From positions 32,001-96,000 of the IMG/VR virus record IMGVR_UViG_3300032288_001980: 64,000 bases of DNA. One strand, 5' to 3'. Source of the stretch: a virus. Positions 37,899 through 47,509 of this stretch are shown piece by piece (within the stretch, counting starts at the first letter, position 1; each line of letters opens with the position of its first letter). The notes under the pieces were generated by a model, which saw only the letters and a list, made by a program, of their open reading frames with translations, was not told where the DNA came from and ran no database searches. The position numbers were made by a program, and so were the translations under genes.

Positions 37899-39078
37899 TA
37901 AACAAACATTTTGTATTCATCCCCATGCGGCTATGAGCACCACACCGGATGGTTTTTACAAAACTTGTTGTATGAGCGAGTTGCCTATACGCAAAGACGA
38001 TGGAACCCCATACAGGCCTAGTCAAGATAGTCTACAAGAAGCGTTCAATAGTCCATGGATGGACAACCTGCGTCGAGATTTAAATATAGGATTTAAAAAT
38101 CCCAACTGCAAAAGATGTTGGGATGAAGAACGTGCTGGCCAAAACAGCAAACGTATGAGAGACAGCAAAGAATATCTAAACGGTTCTAAAAATATACGTG
38201 CAGGTGAACATGTTATTAAAATTGTTGACTTGAAGATGGGCAATCTATGTAATTTAAAATGTCGTATCTGTAATCCATGGAACAGCAGTCAGTGGGTTGA
38301 CGAATGGCACAGTTTACGTAAGCCCAACGAAAGCAAAATAGAATTTCATAAGCCTTTTAAGGCCATGCGTGATGCTTGGAATCCAGATCAAAACATTTGG
38401 AAAAATCTAGAACAAGCATTACCAAATATTGAACACATGGATATGTACGGCGGCGAGCCACTATTAATCGAAAACATGTGGACTATTTTAAAACACAGCG
38501 TTGAAAAAGGTTACAGTAAAAAGCAAACTATTCATTATAATACCAACGGTAGTATTATGCCCAGTGATGAACAATTTGCACTTTGGAAAGAATTTAAATT
38601 ATTAGACATACAAGTTAGTGTAGACGACATTGGTGATAGGCATCACTATCAACGCTACCCCAGTGATTGGTCTAAAGTAAGAAACCATGTGTTAAAATTT
38701 AAAGAGCACGACTGGATTAGACTTAGCACTAACGCTACTATAAGTAATTACAATATTTTCTACTTAGACGAGATCACAGAAGAAATAGTAAAAAATATTG
38801 GCACTAGTGTGTGGTACAATATATTACATGCACCATACGACCAAAGTATAGCGGCATTAGATCCCGAGATTAAGAAAATTTTAGTAAAGAAACTGTCGCC
38901 TATTCAAGAGTATCAACCTGAAATTATTCCTATACTTAATTTTATAGCCAGCAGTCCAGACCCAGAGAAGATGCGTTTGTTTATGAAACGCAATGAAGAA
39001 CAAGATGAATATCGTAAACAGAGCTTTAGGGACACATTCCCCGAGTGGTGGGAAATCCTTAGATCCCACTATCAATAA
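37888..39078 (+). CDS. Radical SAM protein 6
   Basis: CIHPH...KTCC...CKRCW; CNLKCRIC; YGGEPL. Confidence 0.9.
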   Translation: MYINKQTFCIHPHAAMSTTPDGFYKTCCMSELPIRKDDGTPYRPSQDSLQEAFNSPWMDNLRRDLNIGFKNPNCKRCWDEERAGQNSKRMRDSKEYLNGSKNIRAGEHVIKIVDLKMGNLCNLKCRICNPWNSSQWVDEWHSLRKPNESKIEFHKPFKAMRDAWNPDQNIWKNLEQALPNIEHMDMYGGEPLLIENMWTILKHSVEKGYSKKQTIHYNTNGSIMPSDEQFALWKEFKLLDIQVSVDDIGDRHHYQRYPSDWSKVRNHVLKFKEHDWIRLSTNATISNYNIFYLDEITEEIVKNIGTSVWYNILHAPYDQSIAALDPEIKKILVKKLSPIQEYQPEIIPILNFIASSPDPEKMRLFMKRNEEQDEYRKQSFRDTFPEWWEILRSHYQ

Positions 39079-40183
39079 AAGTATCTGTACCTTACCATGG
39101 GTGCATCTACACGCATGGCCAGATGGCAAGGCATTTCCCTGCTGTCTTAGTGATCCAACTAAACCGGTAGGTAATTTAAATCAAACTAAGATTATTGATA
39201 TTGTAAATGGCGATGCTTACCGACAAATAAAAAGAAAGATGCTGGCCGGCGAGCCTGTTGACACTTGCTATAAATGTTACGAACAAGAAGCGGTGGGCAT
39301 GACCAGTATGCGTGTTAATAGTTTTAAATATCACCCCACAGACTTTAGTGATTTTAAACTTAAATACCTTGACATTAGATTTAGTAATGTTTGCAATTTA
39401 GCTTGCGTTAGTTGCGGACCTACTTTTAGCAGTAAATGGCATAATGATTGGATTAAATTAGGCCGCAGTAGCGGACATGCACGTATAGTAAGTTTAGATA
39501 TTATGGAACAACTCAAGACAGATTATTTAGATGATGTAGAAAATGTTACTTTTGCAGGCGGAGAACCTTTGGTAACTAACCAACACTATGAGATACTAGA
39601 ATATTTCATAGAAAAGAAAAAACAAGTTAACATTTCATATATTACAAACTTAACTAACTTAGACTATCAAAAAAGAAATGTCTTGGATTTATGGAAAAAG
39701 TTCGATAGAATTAGTATGCTGGTTAGTATAGACAATGTATGGGATAGGTTTGATTATATTCGCTGGGGCGCCAGCTGGAAACAAATACTAGAAAACCTAA
39801 GCAGAGTTAGAACAGAATGTCCTCATATTGATATTAAGATTACCCCAAGTATTAGTATTTTAAATATTTTAGACTTAGATAAGTTAGAAAGAGCTATTCA
39901 TACATTTACAGGCATTCACAGCTATCAGTACAATGTAATCAGCTATCCTGAAAATTTAAAAGCAGAATTGTTGCCACAAGCACATAAGGCTGAAGTTGCT
40001 CGCATGACTGATCATCACAGGGACTGGTTAGCTGAACATAATTTAACTTCGGAAATGCCGGACTTAGTAGACAATTTAATGAAAAATCATTCTAGTGGTA
40101 TAGAATCTACCAGGGCATATTTACAGGATTTAGACCGCATTAGAGGCACCAATAGTCAGCAGTTGTTCCCATATATTTGGTAA
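38993..40183 (+). CDS. Radical SAM protein 7 (start uncertain)
   Basis: CTLPW...FPCC...CYKCY; CNLACVSC; AGGEPL; an ATG start requires a 74-86 nt overlap with the upstream gene. Confidence 0.88.
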   Translation: MKNKMNIVNRALGTHSPSGGKSLDPTINKSICTLPWVHLHAWPDGKAFPCCLSDPTKPVGNLNQTKIIDIVNGDAYRQIKRKMLAGEPVDTCYKCYEQEAVGMTSMRVNSFKYHPTDFSDFKLKYLDIRFSNVCNLACVSCGPTFSSKWHNDWIKLGRSSGHARIVSLDIMEQLKTDYLDDVENVTFAGGEPLVTNQHYEILEYFIEKKKQVNISYITNLTNLDYQKRNVLDLWKKFDRISMLVSIDNVWDRFDYIRWGASWKQILENLSRVRTECPHIDIKITPSISILNILDLDKLERAIHTFTGIHSYQYNVISYPENLKAELLPQAHKAEVARMTDHHRDWLAEHNLTSEMPDLVDNLMKNHSSGIESTRAYLQDLDRIRGTNSQQLFPYIW

Positions 40184-40208
40184 ATATACGAGTTACAGGA
40201 GCACACAT

Positions 40209-40745
40209 ATGGCTAGAACAATAGGACAAAATGGTATGGACTTGATCAAGCATTTCGAAGGATGCTATGCGTCAAACCCAGGATCTGCCGCACTAGGTAG
40301 AATTAAACCAAAACCAGTTACCAACTTAATGAACACGGATCAAATGGTTTACAGTTATCGCTGTAGCGCCAACGTTCCTACAATTGGTTGGGGCAATACA
40401 CGTTGGGCAGACGATACTCCAGTTCAAGACGGCGATGAATGTACATTGGCCGAAGCTAACGAACTATTTGAAACTGAAGTAGACGAGTTTGCACATAATG
40501 TCGATAAATTAGTCACTAATCCGCATGTTACCCAAAACATGTTTGATGCATTGGTAAGTTTTGCTTACAATGCAGGTGTGGGTAACTTACGTGCCAGTAC
40601 ATTACTTAAAACAGTAAATGCTGGAAACTTTGCAGGTTGCAGAGAACAATTCATGCGTTGGAACAAAGCAGGCGGCAAAGAGCTTCCAGGTTTAACTCGT
40701 CGCAGAGTCGCAGAAGCCGATTTATTTGAAACACCGGATGCTTAA
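40209..40745 (+). CDS. Phage lysozyme (GH24)
   Basis: LIKHFEG...PTIGWG, FDALVSFAYNAG, WNKAGGKELPGLTRRRVAE; TAAATA and a GGAG SD upstream. Confidence 0.92.
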   Translation: MARTIGQNGMDLIKHFEGCYASNPGSAALGRIKPKPVTNLMNTDQMVYSYRCSANVPTIGWGNTRWADDTPVQDGDECTLAEANELFETEVDEFAHNVDKLVTNPHVTQNMFDALVSFAYNAGVGNLRASTLLKTVNAGNFAGCREQFMRWNKAGGKELPGLTRRRVAEADLFETPDA

Positions 40746-40746
40746 T

Positions 40747-40794
40747 ATGCAAGAAGAATGTCCAATCTGCGGTGGCAAACACCCAAAGAAATAA
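40747..40794 (+). CDS. Candidate 15-aa micro-ORF with CxxCxxxH
   Basis: MQEECPICGGKHPKK starts 1 nt after the lysozyme stop. Confidence 0.35.
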   Translation: MQEECPICGGKHPKK

Positions 40795-40872
40795 ACCAAT
40801 ATCTAAGATGTGACTTGACTGGCATAGGGCAACTAAATTATAATGTGAAACATTAATTTTTTAGGAGGCGCT

Positions 40873-41133
40873 ATGCCAGGACGTTCATTCAATTCAGAAG
40901 ATATTGCAAAACTCAAAAAACTATTCAACGAGGGTATGCGTGTAATGCGCGAAATGGAAGACCTTCGCGAAGGACTTAAAGACACGGTTAAATCTATCGC
41001 CGAAGAGCTAGATATGAAACCCGCTGTGTTGACCAAAGCACTTAAAATTGCACACAAAAACGCTCTCAAAGACGAACAAGAAGCTTTTAGCGAAGTTGAA
41101 GAAGTTCTTGAAGCATCCGGATATACCCTTTGA
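40873..41133 (+). CDS. dsDNA-binding protein (T4 DsbA/GapR-like)
   Basis: 86 aa; EDLREGLKDTVKSIAEELDMKPAVLTKALKIAHK pattern; SD AGGAGG. Confidence 0.65.
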   Translation: MPGRSFNSEDIAKLKKLFNEGMRVMREMEDLREGLKDTVKSIAEELDMKPAVLTKALKIAHKNALKDEQEAFSEVEEVLEASGYTL

Positions 41134-41432
41134 TTACCAAAATAAAATCTTTGTTCACTCCCACATGGGAGTGGATAAAGCAAGACTATCACGAGTGGCC
41201 TTTTCGATTTTTCATCGAAGTGTTAGCTTGGGCAATTAGCATCGGCAATAGTATTGCAATGATGTTGACAGTACCTAATCCTCCGCTTATAATATTATAT
41301 CCCATATGGATATTTGGTTGTTCACTATATGCGTGGGCCGCTTTTACTCGAGGTAGTTTTGGTATGCTGGCCAATTATGTGCTTCTTACAACTATTGATA
41401 CTATCGGTTTAATTAGGATGATTATTCAATGA
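41130..41432 (+). CDS. Small membrane protein
   Basis: 100 aa with 3-4 hydrophobic segments; TTG start. Confidence 0.7.
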   Translation: MITKIKSLFTPTWEWIKQDYHEWPFRFFIEVLAWAISIGNSIAMMLTVPNPPLIILYPIWIFGCSLYAWAAFTRGSFGMLANYVLLTTIDTIGLIRMIIQ

Positions 41433-44071
41433 GCTACGTAGATGCTTTCTACAATAAACAAAAAGACTTAGTACAAATTGTCGAACGTATTAACGGGCAA
41501 AGAAAATTCAGAGACGTTCCAGTCAAGTATGTGTTTTATTACAAAGATGCCAAGGGCAAATATAAAAGCATATATGGCGAGTCTTTAAGTAAAGTTGCTG
41601 TTAACAATCACAAGTCGTTTGAAAAAGAAAAACGAATTTACAATAATAAAAGATTGTATGAAAGTGATATCAAGCCAGTGTTTCGTTGTTTAGAGGAAGA
41701 ATATCCTAACGGCGACACACCAGAACTAAACGTTTGTTTCTTTGACATTGAAGTTAACTTTGACAAAGAGCGCGGCTTTGCTGACCCCAGTGATCCGTTT
41801 AATAACATCACTAGTATAACTTTGTACCTTGGTTGGCTAGATAAGTTAATTACATTGTGTTTAAAACCTAATACCTTAACTAGAGACCAAGCCGCAGATA
41901 TTTGCAACAAGTTTGAAAATACTGTTCTTTGTAATACCGAAGAAGAAATGTTAGATATGTTTATTCATCTCGTAGATGATGCAGACATTCTCAGCGGATG
42001 GAACAGCGAAGGTTTTGATATTCCTTATACTCTTAATCGTATTGCTAGAGTAATGGGCCAAGATCATTGCAAACGTTTTTGTTTGTGGGATCAAAAGCCT
42101 AAAGCACGTGAGTTTGAAAAGTATGGTAAAACTGCTGTTACCTATGACTTAATTGGTCGTGTACACCTTGACTATCTTGAACTGTATCGCAAATATACCT
42201 ATCACGAACTTCATACATACCGACTTGACTATGTAGGAGAATATGAACTAGGTGAAACTAAGGTTCACTATGAAGGTACTTTGGATCAGTTATACAACAA
42301 TGACTTTGAAAAGTTTATTGCGTATAACAGACAAGACGTTATGTTGTTAGTCAAGTTGGATAAGAAACTACAGTACATTGACTTAGTAAACGTTTTAGCA
42401 CACGCCAATGGAGTATTATTCCAAACTACAATGGGTGCTGTAGCTGTTACAGATCAGGCTGTTATTAAAGAAGCGCATAACAGAGGACTAATTGTTCCTG
42501 ACCGCACAAGAGAACACGCCGAAACACAGGCTGCTGGTGCTTACGTTGCATATCCTAAAAAAGGTATACACGAATGGATTGGAAGCATGGACTTAAACAG
42601 TCTGTATCCTTCCGTGATCCGGGCCCTTAATATGAGTCCAGAAACTATCGTGGGACAACTGCGTATGGATATGACCAAAGCAATGATTCGCGATGGTATG
42701 GCGGCCGGTAAGAGCTTTGCTGACTGCTGGGACGGAAGATTTGCTACTATGGAATACGAAGTAGTAATGAATCAAGACATTGGCACTGATGTTATTATTG
42801 ATTGGGAAAACGGGCGTAGTGAACAAGTAAGCGGGAAACAGGCTTATGAAATGATTTTCTTAAGCGGACAAAATCTTATTCTTAGCGCCAATGGCACAAT
42901 ATTTAATTACACAGAAAAGGGTGTTATTCCAGGTTTGCTAGAACGCTGGTATGCTGAACGTAAAGAACTGCAAAAGAAAGCTAAGTCGGCAACAGATCCC
43001 AAAGAGTTTGAGTTTTGGGACAAGCGACAGCTAGTTAAGAAGATTAACTTGAACTCTGCTTATGGTGCGTTGTTGAACGCAGGCAGCAGGTTCTTTGATC
43101 AACGCCTGGGTCAAAGTACAACCTTAACTGGTCGCTGTATTGCTAGGCATATGGCGGCGCAGGTTAATGCTATGTTTACTGGCGAGTACAATCACGTAGG
43201 TGATACCATTATCTATGGTGACACGGACTCCGTATACTTTAGTGCGTGGCCTGTTTTCAAAGGCGAAGCCAATCGAGGAGAATTGGATTGGAGTAAAGAA
43301 AAAATTGTAGAACTCTACGATACTGTTAGCGCCGAAGTCAACGATACCTTTCCTGCATTTATGAACAAAGCCTTTAATGTACCTAGTTTGTACGCGGCAC
43401 CAATTAAAGCAGGTCGTGAAGTTGTTGCTAGTAAAGGAATTTATATTACTAAAAAACGTTATGCTGTTCTTATCTATGACAAGGAAGGCAAACGTAAAGA
43501 CATCGATGGAGAAGAAGGCGAAATCAAAGCCATGGGATTGGATCTTAAGCGAGCCGATACTCCAGAGTACATGCAAAAGTTCTTAGAAGAAATTTTACTA
43601 ATGTTGTTAGTTGGCGATGAAAAACAAAAAATTCTAGATAAGATTATTGAATTTAGAAAAGAATTCAAAGCCAAACCAGCATGGGAAAAAGGTACGCCCA
43701 AACGTGTAAACAATTTGACTCAACATACAGCAGTATTCAATAAGACAGGCAAATGCGGTATTGGACATGCATTGGCTGCTATTAATTGGAATAGAATTAA
43801 AAAGATGCACAATGACCAATTCAGTATGGATGCTGTTGACGGCATGAAAGTTATTGTGTGTAAATTGAAAAGTAATCCATTAGGAATGACTAGCATTGCT
43901 TATCCTACAGATGAGCAACGTTTGCCATTATGGTTTAAAGAATTGCCTTTTGATGAAGAAGCAATGGAAGAAGCCATTATTGATAATAAGATTGACAACC
44001 TCCTAGGCGTGTTAGGATGGGACTTACAGTCAACTAAAATGAAGAATACGTTCAACTTATTGTTTGAATAA
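41429..44071 (+). CDS. polB: DNA polymerase family B (T4 gp43-like)
   Basis: Exo I FFDIEV, Exo II WNSEGFDIPY, Exo III YNRQD; polymerase DLNSLYPS, KINLNSAYG, YGDTDS, KKRY. Confidence 0.95.
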   Translation: MSYVDAFYNKQKDLVQIVERINGQRKFRDVPVKYVFYYKDAKGKYKSIYGESLSKVAVNNHKSFEKEKRIYNNKRLYESDIKPVFRCLEEEYPNGDTPELNVCFFDIEVNFDKERGFADPSDPFNNITSITLYLGWLDKLITLCLKPNTLTRDQAADICNKFENTVLCNTEEEMLDMFIHLVDDADILSGWNSEGFDIPYTLNRIARVMGQDHCKRFCLWDQKPKAREFEKYGKTAVTYDLIGRVHLDYLELYRKYTYHELHTYRLDYVGEYELGETKVHYEGTLDQLYNNDFEKFIAYNRQDVMLLVKLDKKLQYIDLVNVLAHANGVLFQTTMGAVAVTDQAVIKEAHNRGLIVPDRTREHAETQAAGAYVAYPKKGIHEWIGSMDLNSLYPSVIRALNMSPETIVGQLRMDMTKAMIRDGMAAGKSFADCWDGRFATMEYEVVMNQDIGTDVIIDWENGRSEQVSGKQAYEMIFLSGQNLILSANGTIFNYTEKGVIPGLLERWYAERKELQKKAKSATDPKEFEFWDKRQLVKKINLNSAYGALLNAGSRFFDQRLGQSTTLTGRCIARHMAAQVNAMFTGEYNHVGDTIIYGDTDSVYFSAWPVFKGEANRGELDWSKEKIVELYDTVSAEVNDTFPAFMNKAFNVPSLYAAPIKAGREVVASKGIYITKKRYAVLIYDKEGKRKDIDGEEGEIKAMGLDLKRADTPEYMQKFLEEILLMLLVGDEKQKILDKIIEFRKEFKAKPAWEKGTPKRVNNLTQHTAVFNKTGKCGIGHALAAINWNRIKKMHNDQFSMDAVDGMKVIVCKLKSNPLGMTSIAYPTDEQRLPLWFKELPFDEEAMEEAIIDNKIDNLLGVLGWDLQSTKMKNTFNLLFE

Positions 44072-44074
44072 TTC

Positions 44075-44103
44075 TTGACACGACCTAAATAAACCTATAT
44101 ACT
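44075..44103 (+). promoter_or_regulatory. Nested sigma70 and late promoters
   Basis: TTGACA-17-TATACT with TAAATA (44086-44091) in the spacer. Confidence 0.7.
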
Positions 44104-44123
44104 CACTGAAAGGAGATACAGAG

Positions 44124-44864
44124 ATGAAAGACATCGTATTAGACATTGTTAGGCATACCAGCGGACTAGGTATTATTGACAGTCTCAAGGTAACCGGCAC
44201 AGCCGAAGAAACGCAAATTGCGGCAATCGACCAAGACAAAACAGTCATTTTAAATGCTAAACTACACAAACCCGAAGGCGACTTTATTGGCGAATTTGGT
44301 ATGGGTAATTTAGGATTTTTAAATGGCGTTTGTAACTTGTATGCTAAAGACGGTACAACTGTAGAAGTTGTTAAGACTAATCGCAATGGCGCTGAGTTAC
44401 CAGAGACACTAGTGTTCAAAGACCCTGACGGCAATTCAGACAAATATCGTTTGATGAGCAAAGAAGTTATTGACACACAAATTCAAACTGTTAAGTTTAA
44501 AGGGGCTAACTGGGACGTTACATTTGAACCTACTAAGGCCAAAGTTCAAGACCTGGCACAGGCCGCAAGCATTTATTCTAGCATCGAGCCTACATTTACT
44601 ATTCGCACAGAAAATGGCAACTTAGTGTTAGAGCTAGGTAGCGCCAACGGAGGCAGTCACTTTGGTAAGCGCACATTTGCTAACAATGTGGGCGGAACTA
44701 TCAAAGGAGATTTGAGCTTTCCGTTAACTCAGTTCTTAACTATTCTAAAGTTAGGCATGGGCGGTATTTGTGCTGTTAACTTTAGTAACCAAGGTGCTTG
44801 TATGATTAGTGTCGACAGTGGCATTGGTTTATACAACTACATCCTTCCAGCAATGACTCGCTAA
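44124..44864 (+). CDS. Probable sliding clamp (gp45-like)
   Basis: 246 aa beta-rich two-domain pattern, directly after the polymerase; ends YNYILPA; no diagnostic motif. Confidence 0.5.
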   Translation: MKDIVLDIVRHTSGLGIIDSLKVTGTAEETQIAAIDQDKTVILNAKLHKPEGDFIGEFGMGNLGFLNGVCNLYAKDGTTVEVVKTNRNGAELPETLVFKDPDGNSDKYRLMSKEVIDTQIQTVKFKGANWDVTFEPTKAKVQDLAQAASIYSSIEPTFTIRTENGNLVLELGSANGGSHFGKRTFANNVGGTIKGDLSFPLTQFLTILKLGMGGICAVNFSNQGACMISVDSGIGLYNYILPAMTR

Positions 44865-44876
44865 TAGGAGATTTCC

Positions 44877-45098
44877 ATGTACGAAAACCGCATCCGACAT
44901 CTAACTGAAGCACATCACGTTTTAGATAAGCAAATTGCAGACATGGAGAGAAATCACCCTCATGTACAAGAACAAAAACTACATGACTTGAAGAAAAAGA
45001 AATTAGCACTCAAAGACGAAATTGCTAGACTACAAAGACTACAGTACGAACATGATCGGGAAAGTCTCGATCATTGGGATGACGATGAAAGACGATAA
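44877..45098 (+). CDS. YdcH/DUF465-family coiled-coil protein
   Basis: HHVLDKQI...LHDLKKKKLALKDEI. Confidence 0.75.
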   Translation: MYENRIRHLTEAHHVLDKQIADMERNHPHVQEQKLHDLKKKKLALKDEIARLQRLQYEHDRESLDHWDDDERR

Positions 45099-46631
45099 AT
45101 GAGTAAAACAACAGTGGACTTAGATCCGCGCAATAAAGACTATGCAATATTCTTGCCTAGTATCAGTGGATTCTATAATACCTTTATTTCAAAACAACAA
45201 GAAGGCGAATACATTGAAGCTAGTCGTATTCCTGTTGAGTTTGAAAATGGTATCGAAGGTATGAACTTTCTTAATAAAGAAAAGGCATACTTTCATTATA
45301 GTCACGCATTGTATTCGGCAGGCCATGCACAGTTAGACTTGAAAAAGTCTTGGGTGCAGGAAAGCATGGTACAGCAACGTGACAAGCCAAACACATTTAT
45401 TCTTGGCGACTCTGGCGGGTTCCAAATTGGTAAGGGTGTTATTAACTTTGACTGGAAGCACTTCTGGGAAAAGCAAGGCGATGCTGGTTATATCGGAGAA
45501 GCAGATAAAACACGTATGGCTATCCTTAACTGGTTAGAGTTTACTGCTGACTATAGCATGGTACTAGACTTACCTACGTGGGCTAGTAATCCTATTAATC
45601 AACCTCGCACTGGCCTTAAAGACTTTAACGACTGTTTAAAAGGAACTTTGTTTAACAACGATTTCTTCTTAAAGCATCGTCAAGGCAAGACTAAATTCTT
45701 AAACGTTTTACAAGGCGGTAATAACGTTGACGCAGAGATTTGGTATGACGCTGTCAAGCACTATCCTTTCGAGGGTTGGGCTATGGGTGGTAATAACATG
45801 AAGGATGTAGACCTCATGTTACGCCGTTTAATCAAGCTACGTGATGAGAAACTACTAGAGCCGGGCCGCAATGTTATTCACTTTCTGGGTACTAGCAAAC
45901 TTGAACTTGCCTGCTTATTAACGGCCGTTCAACGTAATATTCGTGAGCATGTTAACCCTAATATGAAGGTTACATTTGACTGTGCCAGTCCTTTCTTGGC
46001 CACTGCTTACGGACAAGTTTATACACAACACGTTCATCAAAACGATCGCTTCAGTTACTTGATGACTAAGGCAGTTGATAACAAAAAGCTAAGTGGCAGT
46101 AAAATTCCATGGCCCTGGACCAGCCCAGTTGGTGAACGTATGACTATGGGCGACTTGTGTTACTATGCTCCGGGTATGCTTAACAAGTTAGGCAAGGAAG
46201 GTAAGACCAGCTGGGATAGTTTCAGTTACTTCTTAATGATGGGTCATAATGTTTATCAACACATTGAATCAGTTCAACGTGCTAATGCATTAAATGATGC
46301 GGCCTGTGCAATGCATCAACCAGATCCTAGTGCTTGGCATAAAGTTAAGAAGGGTGCAGATGAGTTTAGCGAGTGGGTTCCACGTAATGTAATTTACATG
46401 AACGAACTTGTTAATCGTGTGTTTACAAGTCAAACTCCTTTTACAGAGTTGGACCGGGCACAAGACTTGTTGGCAAACTTTAATGGCACTAAGACTCTCA
46501 AGAGCACAGTGGCTGGATTTAATAATCTGTTCGAAGTTGAAGATGCTGGTAAGGACAATGACAGTAATATGTTTGATGATCCTGAAACAGTTGAACAAGG
46601 AGAACAACTACTAGAAAGTATTCTCGAGTGA
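45099..46631 (+). CDS. tRNA-guanine-transglycosylase-like protein (DpdA-type DNA deazaguanine transglycosylase candidate)
   Basis: ILGDSGGFQIG TGT signature, MVLDLP, VLQG, IHFLG, FDCAS; co-located with QueD-like, folE and queE. Confidence 0.75.
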   Translation: MSKTTVDLDPRNKDYAIFLPSISGFYNTFISKQQEGEYIEASRIPVEFENGIEGMNFLNKEKAYFHYSHALYSAGHAQLDLKKSWVQESMVQQRDKPNTFILGDSGGFQIGKGVINFDWKHFWEKQGDAGYIGEADKTRMAILNWLEFTADYSMVLDLPTWASNPINQPRTGLKDFNDCLKGTLFNNDFFLKHRQGKTKFLNVLQGGNNVDAEIWYDAVKHYPFEGWAMGGNNMKDVDLMLRRLIKLRDEKLLEPGRNVIHFLGTSKLELACLLTAVQRNIREHVNPNMKVTFDCASPFLATAYGQVYTQHVHQNDRFSYLMTKAVDNKKLSGSKIPWPWTSPVGERMTMGDLCYYAPGMLNKLGKEGKTSWDSFSYFLMMGHNVYQHIESVQRANALNDAACAMHQPDPSAWHKVKKGADEFSEWVPRNVIYMNELVNRVFTSQTPFTELDRAQDLLANFNGTKTLKSTVAGFNNLFEVEDAGKDNDSNMFDDPETVEQGEQLLESILE

Positions 46632-47509
46632 AAAGTCTAATTGTAGGGATGGGATTCGGTAATGCTGTTTACCGACCAATATTAGAAAGTATGGGTCATG
46701 AAATTTTTACAGTTGACCCGTTTTTACCTTCGGATTACAAAACAGTTGATGCGGCAGTTATTGTTAATAAAAGATTTGATACTGTTCATATTTGTACACC
46801 AAATTGGACGCATGAAGATATAGCAAGAACTGTTGCTCACTATACCGGCATTGTGTTTATTGAAAAGCCCGGTGTAATTAATAGTCAAGCATGGTCAAAA
46901 CTTATAGCCGCATATCCTAATACTAGATTTATAATGGTTAAAAATAATCAGTATAGACAAGAAATTAAAGAATTTCAAAGACTAGCTGAATCTAGTGATA
47001 CTGTGTATGTTCGTTGGAATAGTGCAAATCGTATTCCTAATCCAGGCAGTTGGTTCACTACTAAAAAATTGTCCTTTGGCGGAGTTAGCAGAGACTTAAT
47101 GCCTCACATGCTAAGTTATTACTGTGCCTTGACAAATTATCAACAAGGCACTAAACTAAAAGAAACTGCAACTCAAAATTACAGTTTAAAAGATATTACC
47201 AGCACTGACTATGGCATTGTTAATCCTAGTGGAACATATGATGTTGATGACTTTTGTCATTTAGAATTTCAAAATGGTAATACTAAATGGGTGTTAAGTG
47301 CTAATTGGAAAACTAATTTAGATCACGATGACAGTAGCATTTCTTTTAGTATGAAAAATTCCGCAGTAAGACATGAACTAGGACTTTGTCCTGAATCTGC
47401 TTATCGTACAATGATAGAAACTGCTATTAAAAATAAAACAAACGATAAATTTTGGCAGGATCAACTTGCTCAAGATATATGGATTCATCAACAGATAGAA
47501 AATCTATGA
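46628..47509 (+). CDS. Gfo/Idh/MocA-family oxidoreductase
   Basis: IVGMGFG Rossmann loop, ICTPNWTH, VFIEKP. Confidence 0.85.
   Translation: MKSLIVGMGFGNAVYRPILESMGHEIFTVDPFLPSDYKTVDAAVIVNKRFDTVHICTPNWTHEDIARTVAHYTGIVFIEKPGVINSQAWSKLIAAYPNTRFIMVKNNQYRQEIKEFQRLAESSDTVYVRWNSANRIPNPGSWFTTKKLSFGGVSRDLMPHMLSYYCALTNYQQGTKLKETATQNYSLKDITSTDYGIVNPSGTYDVDDFCHLEFQNGNTKWVLSANWKTNLDHDDSSISFSMKNSAVRHELGLCPESAYRTMIETAIKNKTNDKFWQDQLAQDIWIHQQIENL

Noticed and set aside
41130-41432. Holin for the nearby lysozyme
   Set aside because: It is a membrane protein, but lies in the polymerase operon behind a separate promoter and shows no holin-specific features
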